A stretch of DNA of 54,956 nt, filler included, from Sphacelaria rigidula (taxonomy: Eukaryota): NCBI GenBank assembly GCA_964200075.2. It is 3 parts of 3 records of this genome, joined end to end, with 100 filler letters (N's around TTAATTAATTAA, not from the genome) between each part and the next. Parts side by side here need not be neighbours in the genome. Positions count along the whole stretch, not along the records: positions 36,711 to 54,956 come from CAXNAA020000888.1; 2 more parts are not named here. One strand, given 5' to 3'. The notes below the pieces were generated by a model. It was not told where the DNA came from. It saw nothing but the letters and a program-made list of their open reading frames with translations, and made no database searches. Of this stretch, positions 49,804-54,956 are shown piece by piece. A program made the position numbers and the translations under genes. How positions within the stretch are numbered: the first letter of the stretch is position 1; each line of letters starts with the position of its first letter.

Positions 49804-52800
49804 TCATTGTCGTTGTCGCCAGGTACTATCATCGTCATCGCCGCCGCCCCCAACACCGTCTTCGTGTTCGCCATACTTACCCCGGTCGTTGCAGTCAGAT
49901 TTTATATTCCCACTGTCACCGACAGCTTCAACACTGTCATTGTTGGGAGCAGCGGCCATGTTGCCGTCATCCTGCAGCTGATCTTGGGCCAGGTAGCTAC
50001 TCAGATCCGAAACGATAGATTCTTCAAATTTTGCAGTGCTTGCGAATGCAAGGCTGCACGGGTCGCACACCGCAGGCTCGCCCCTTTCTGCGTCGTTCGC
50101 TCCTCCCGGAGATGGATTTTGCGACGGCATCGAAAATTCGACCGCTTCCGCCCTTGCTGGTTGACCTTTGGCAGAAAACGCCGCACCGTATGACCTCGCT
50201 GCTGACGAAGATGGTATTTTATGAGTAGTATTTTCTGGTTTCATGGGAAATGATCGATCCCCATTGCTGGCATCATCACCACTACTGCCCCGAGCATCGG
50301 CAATTTCAGCACCAGCAGCGGTGGTAGCCATCCCAGTATTGTCCTGCAGGTAATCTTGTGTCAGAGAACTACTCAGGTCCGAAACGTCGTCTTCAGGGAA
50401 TATATCAACAGACAACGACCGGTAAACAGCGCCGTCAATGGAGGTGTCTCCTGGTGGGACAACCAGTGCGACCTGGGCCGAAGCACTACTGGCAGAACCG
50501 TTTGCCGCTGGAGCGTTTCCCGCCAACTGCGATGCGCACCAGGAGTCGAGAGGGAAAATTAGTGTCGACTGATCATTGACATGAAAGATAGTAGCATCGA
50601 AAAGAGCAGATTCTTCATTTCGGTGTTAACCAGCGTGCTGTTCGGCACCATCGTGTCGGGTCAAACTTCCTCTTTTTCATACCTGACGCGAAGCACCGTC
50701 GGCGAATCCGGAAAATAGGGACCCCTCCGCACTTGTAGCACCTAGCCCATCTCCCCCGCCACATTCAGCCTCTGGGCCTGGTACAGGAAACGCGGAGTAC
50801 AGGGTCTCCGTAGTTAACAACTCGCCGGATACGGGCCCCTCGTACCCTCGTGCGCTACTGGCGGTTTCGGTTCCCCCGTAGTAAGACTGCGCTCCCCCAC
50901 TGCTGTCTCCGTTCTTGTCCAACGCGTATTTATGGGCACGCTTGCGCCTAGCTCGTCGCTTTGTCCGCTTTCTGATGTCACCAAGCTCTGCCACGCCACC
51001 CTTTCCATTTCGGCAAGCACCAAGCTCTGCTACTTTCGTTGAAACGCCGACCATCCGCCGCATCCCTGGCCTCAACGCATTTTCCCCGCCACCGCTCATG
51101 TTCGCGGGGCTATCCTGGGGCATAGCACCGTCGCGCCACACCGGTGCAACCGCCGCCGGCGAGTGTGTGTAGCTTTTGGTACTGTCTGATGAGACATTGC
51201 TAGCATTGGGTTCGCCTCGTAAGCGTCGCCATTTCTTCCGTCGTCGATCCTCCCCGTTGCTGTTCAGCCCAACGGAAATCGGCGCCAGAACGTTTCTAGC
51301 ATTCACTACGATGGGGCGCCGGCCACGGCGTTTGTTCGACGACGGCCGCAAGGGCGGGGCAAGTGGTTGTATGGCCATGGGCTCCTGCGATGAGTTAAGA
51401 TTCAGAAGACGTTGGCATATACTTCACCTCATCACACATGGTCAATGGTCAAATGACTAAGGCAAGCAACAAATGAGTACGCCCCCCACCTCATCACACA
51501 TTGACGAGGGGAAGGTTAGGGAGGGCTATTGTGGTGACTACGATCCAGACCAGGTGTAAACGTTATCGGGTGACGCAGGCAGGGCAGGGGAAGGGACTGC
51601 TGAGACGAACAACAAGGAAGGTAGTTGGAGGAAGTCCTCATTCATATACGGAAGATGCGAAAAAAATGACGATCCTATCATTGTCGTCGTCGCTGTCGGT
51701 TTTTGTGTTGTTGCTGTTCCTTCGACATAAGTTCCTCACCTTTCGTTTTCCCCACAATTTTTCCTCCTGCTGCTTGGCTCGCGCCAGCNNNNNNNNNNCC
51801 GCTCTACGTTTCCGCCTTGCACGCTCCAACCGACCCTCCTTCTCTTTCACAAATTGAGCTTCCGCCGCTCGCCTTTGATTTGATAAGAAGTGGATGGGTA
51901 GGTATGCTTGGAAACGTGGTAGAATCAAGCCAGCGGGACGTGTCACGCAAAAAGTGGGTTATGCATGTCTTGTGTTCAGCAGGTAGCCATCGAGGAATTA
52001 CCTCCACGTCACATCGGCTAACTGTGGCCCTCTTTTTTCTCCTGACATCTGTGTTTAGTGCTTACTCCGATGGGTGTTATAGAGAAAACGCTAACATCGC
52101 CCAGCGCTAATTGACTCCTAGACTATCTTCCACACACGCAGGAGGCCCGGACGGAAGGCATGGGCGAGGGGAAAGGAGTTCCATGTAGAGCGGGGTGGAG
52201 TAGCGGGAAGGGTCACCGTTTAGATTCAGCAAGTTCCTTGGCCCGACGCTCGGCTGCTTTCTTCCCTGCTTTCGCTTTGCGTTCAGCGGCGTCCTTCGCT
52301 GCCTGCAGGGTCATCAGGGCAAAAGCGCAATTCCCTCATGTTCAAGGATCGGTCACGGATTATAGAATTACAGGAGGGTGTGAGACGTTTTATGGGAAGT
52401 TTGATGAAACGTTCCGTTACCCCGTGTGTCGTACCATCAGCGAGAGACCTTCTAGCGACTGTTGGCAGCCTATTTACTTGGCGGCTACTTTGAGCTGAGC
52501 TATGATCACAAGTGAAAACTTCTCGAAATCCACTTTCGCATTAGCTGGACCCCTCCGCCGGCTACAATATTTACATCGGATTCAGTCGAAGCAAGTTGCT
52601 GTCTTCAGAGCTACGCCCTGACCTTGCGGTCGTTGAATAGAACAACCGCATATATATAAAGTTTTCTCCCATGTGCCGCATGTATAGTAGCCTCCGCCCG
52701 TGCCCGCTCACGGACGTCAGTATTTGTTGTGGTATTACCCACCTTTTGCTGCTTGTATCCTCGAACCTTGTCCACGCGGCCGAGAGCTACCTGTTCCTCC

Positions 52801-54312
52801 TTCTCGCGCCGCAGCTCCGCTGCCAATTCCCGTTCCCTAGCTGCCTCTGCCATCTCGCGGTATCGAAGCTTCTCCTGCGTGGACGTAAAGAGCAGACATC
52901 GAACATGAATTTTCTCTGGAAGACTGCCACGTCGAGAACAAACTCTTGTTCTAGGAAATGCTCGATACTTGACTTTTTTTTCGATCGCCTTGACCTAAAA
53001 CGAAAATGTTCCATGGAGATGGTGGCACACCTCTGTCGTATGTTATCGGCTGTTGACTTCGTTCCTTAGTCCGAAACCTCAGCGATATTTCACTAGCTGC
53101 GTTCTTGTACATGCTCCGCTTTGTTCTTAGACTCCATATCTTCTCTTGAGTCTCTCATGTTCTCTCTTTCTCTCCTCCTCCTTTCTCCTCTCTTTTCTTC
53201 TCTTCTTTTGTTTTTTTTTCAGCTGTTATTTTGTTTTCTTCTCTGGTTGATTCTTCCATGTGTGCTTGAATGTTGTAGCGTTAATGCTGTAGCAGCGTTC
53301 GTGTCTCGCTGCTGCAGAGGTCCTCGGTGAACGTTTTATGCCAAAACAGTCTAGCTTCCCAACAGTTCAGCCACAAGCTGCTTCTATGGCCTATTTTCCT
53401 TTCGTTTCGGTTGGTTTGTTTTTGTACGATCTTCACCTCTGAAGTCATGCACCAGGAGGGCGGCCATTTGTTTTCCATCAGGACCGATGCTCATAAATCA
53501 ATCTCGGCATTTTTCGTTACCTTGTATTCCCCATTTCCTTTCCTTTCCTCTCCTTCCTCTTGGTTTTGTCAATGCTCTTTTCTTCTTGTTTTGTTTCGTT
53601 TTGCCCTGATTTTTTCGTTTCAAATTCACTCTGTTTTATATTTCGTCTCTGTACCGTTTTTCTTTCTCGAGTTTCACATGACGGGTGTTTTCGTGTTAAT
53701 CGCCTCAAGTATGTCTCTCTGGATTGCTAGAGGATCAGTTAGCCCTTTTGGGACCGGAGTGAACGAACCGGGGGTGGGGGCCCACTGCGAATCGTCATCA
53801 TTTTCGCTTAAATACGACTGACAATGATGCCGATTCACATATGAACCCTGCGGGCAGCCCAGATTCTCACCTCCGGTTACCGAGGGTCCGGTCCCGAAAG
53901 GGCCAATGTGCAGTGATGAGCTCAAATCAATCAAGTATCCAATATGTAGAAAACTGCATGGAGCCGACACTTTCGCCCATGTTCTTGGCGAGGGTTCTCC
54001 GTGAGTGACAGATCCACGTGAGCCATATGTGCCATCGTTATCGATGGGGTTTGGTCGACCCGGTACCCTACTACGTGTGCTCCTACCTCGTTTCGTAGAT
54101 CTCACAACGGCACTTGCCGTACAAGAACTGACCTTACGCTTTACATCCTTCAACGCAGCCTCCTGCCGCCTTTCCCTTTGAAGCTGAAATTCTCTTTCCC
54201 GGGCAAGGTGTTTCTCTCGTAATTTCCACCTCTTCCCTTGGACTTTGTCCGCCGCGGCTTCCCGCAGCTCTTCCTGAACTTTTCTCCGAACTTCCTGCTG
54301 TGCTACGGCAGC
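49804..54312 (-). CDS. Uncharacterised coiled-coil protein with low-complexity C-terminus, 5'-partial, at least 6 exons
   Basis: GT-AG exons: 54312-54133, 52874-52743, 52302-52217, 51872-51740 (contains 10 N), 51384-50683, 50526-49804 (TGA). E/R/K/A-rich helical peptides are followed by S/D/A-rich sequence. A further exon may lie at ~54819-54613. Confidence 0.7.
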
Positions 54313-54879
54313 CTGGAGCAATGATAGTTACATTTCACGCATGCTCAAGCCTTCAGCTGAAAAAGCAGCATTGGTCGGCAAAATGTTTCCCGCAGTGAGC
54401 TACTCTCCTGTACTAGTTGTTCGCGTAAAACGTGCTGCTGTACTCGCTGGCCCAAGGAAAACTAGGTGGCCGGTCGTCGCAAGAACAGCCGTGCTTTCCA
54501 TACCATCGGCAAGCCAAAACATTGCGCATGATACCCAGGGACCCTCAGGTAGAGTACCCCTTTGGTCATCTGGAGCTACGGCCTTAACGCGACCAAGAAA
54601 ATCGTCAGATGGCACCTTTCGCTCGACAGGACAACAGTTTCCTGACGTCGTGTTTTGAGGGGCTGACGGTAACGCGGCTGTGCTCGAACACAAGACGAGG
54701 GTTTTTTTTTATTCAAGTGCGAGAGTCGATCGACTTGTTCTGAACGACGATGGCGTCGAAAAGAGCAACCAGCACTGTTTAAAGCCGCTTTTTCTCGTCT
54801 GCTACTGACGCATCCGAACTAGAGGCCACACAGGTCCCCACATCTCAGATTATAGCTTGACACAGACGCCTGATGCATG

Positions 54880-54956
54880 TGTTGTGTGTTGTCGTCCCAT
54901 CTATTCTGGACGCCAGTCTACACCTTTCGGTATATGTGGGCGAATCAGCCGGGGTC
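54880..54956 (-). mobile_element. 3' tail of the SINE family
   Basis: Reverse complement gaccccggctgattcgcccacatataccgaaaggtgtagactggcgtcc.. matches 16255-16330 and 14588-14660. Confidence 0.65.

Overview
Intron-rich eukaryotic DNA. Exon size, GT-AG sites and repeat content suggest a brown alga or related stramenopile (inference). The window is three contigs (1-18256, 18357-36610, 36711-54956) joined by artificial 100-bp N44-TTAATTAATTAA-N44 linkers, so adjacency across the linkers is not meaningful. Contig 1 holds the last 15 exons of eIF3a (+). Contig 2 holds a complete 7-exon, ~529-aa orphan seven-transmembrane protein gene (-), a decayed hAT transposon and MITEs. Contig 3 holds a 5'-partial gene with PWWP-like and Tudor/SH3-like segments (+) converging on a 5'-partial coiled-coil gene (-), with a 170-bp satellite and a higher-order minisatellite between them. 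Introns contain a tRNA-derived SINE family, MITEs, fold-back elements and an LTR-like family. Most ORFs in the supplied track are non-coding noise or single exons. I found no CRISPR, rRNA or prokaryotic system. The best novelty candidates are the GPCR-like 7TM gene, the putative chromatin-reader gene and several structured repeats. All exon models were read by eye.
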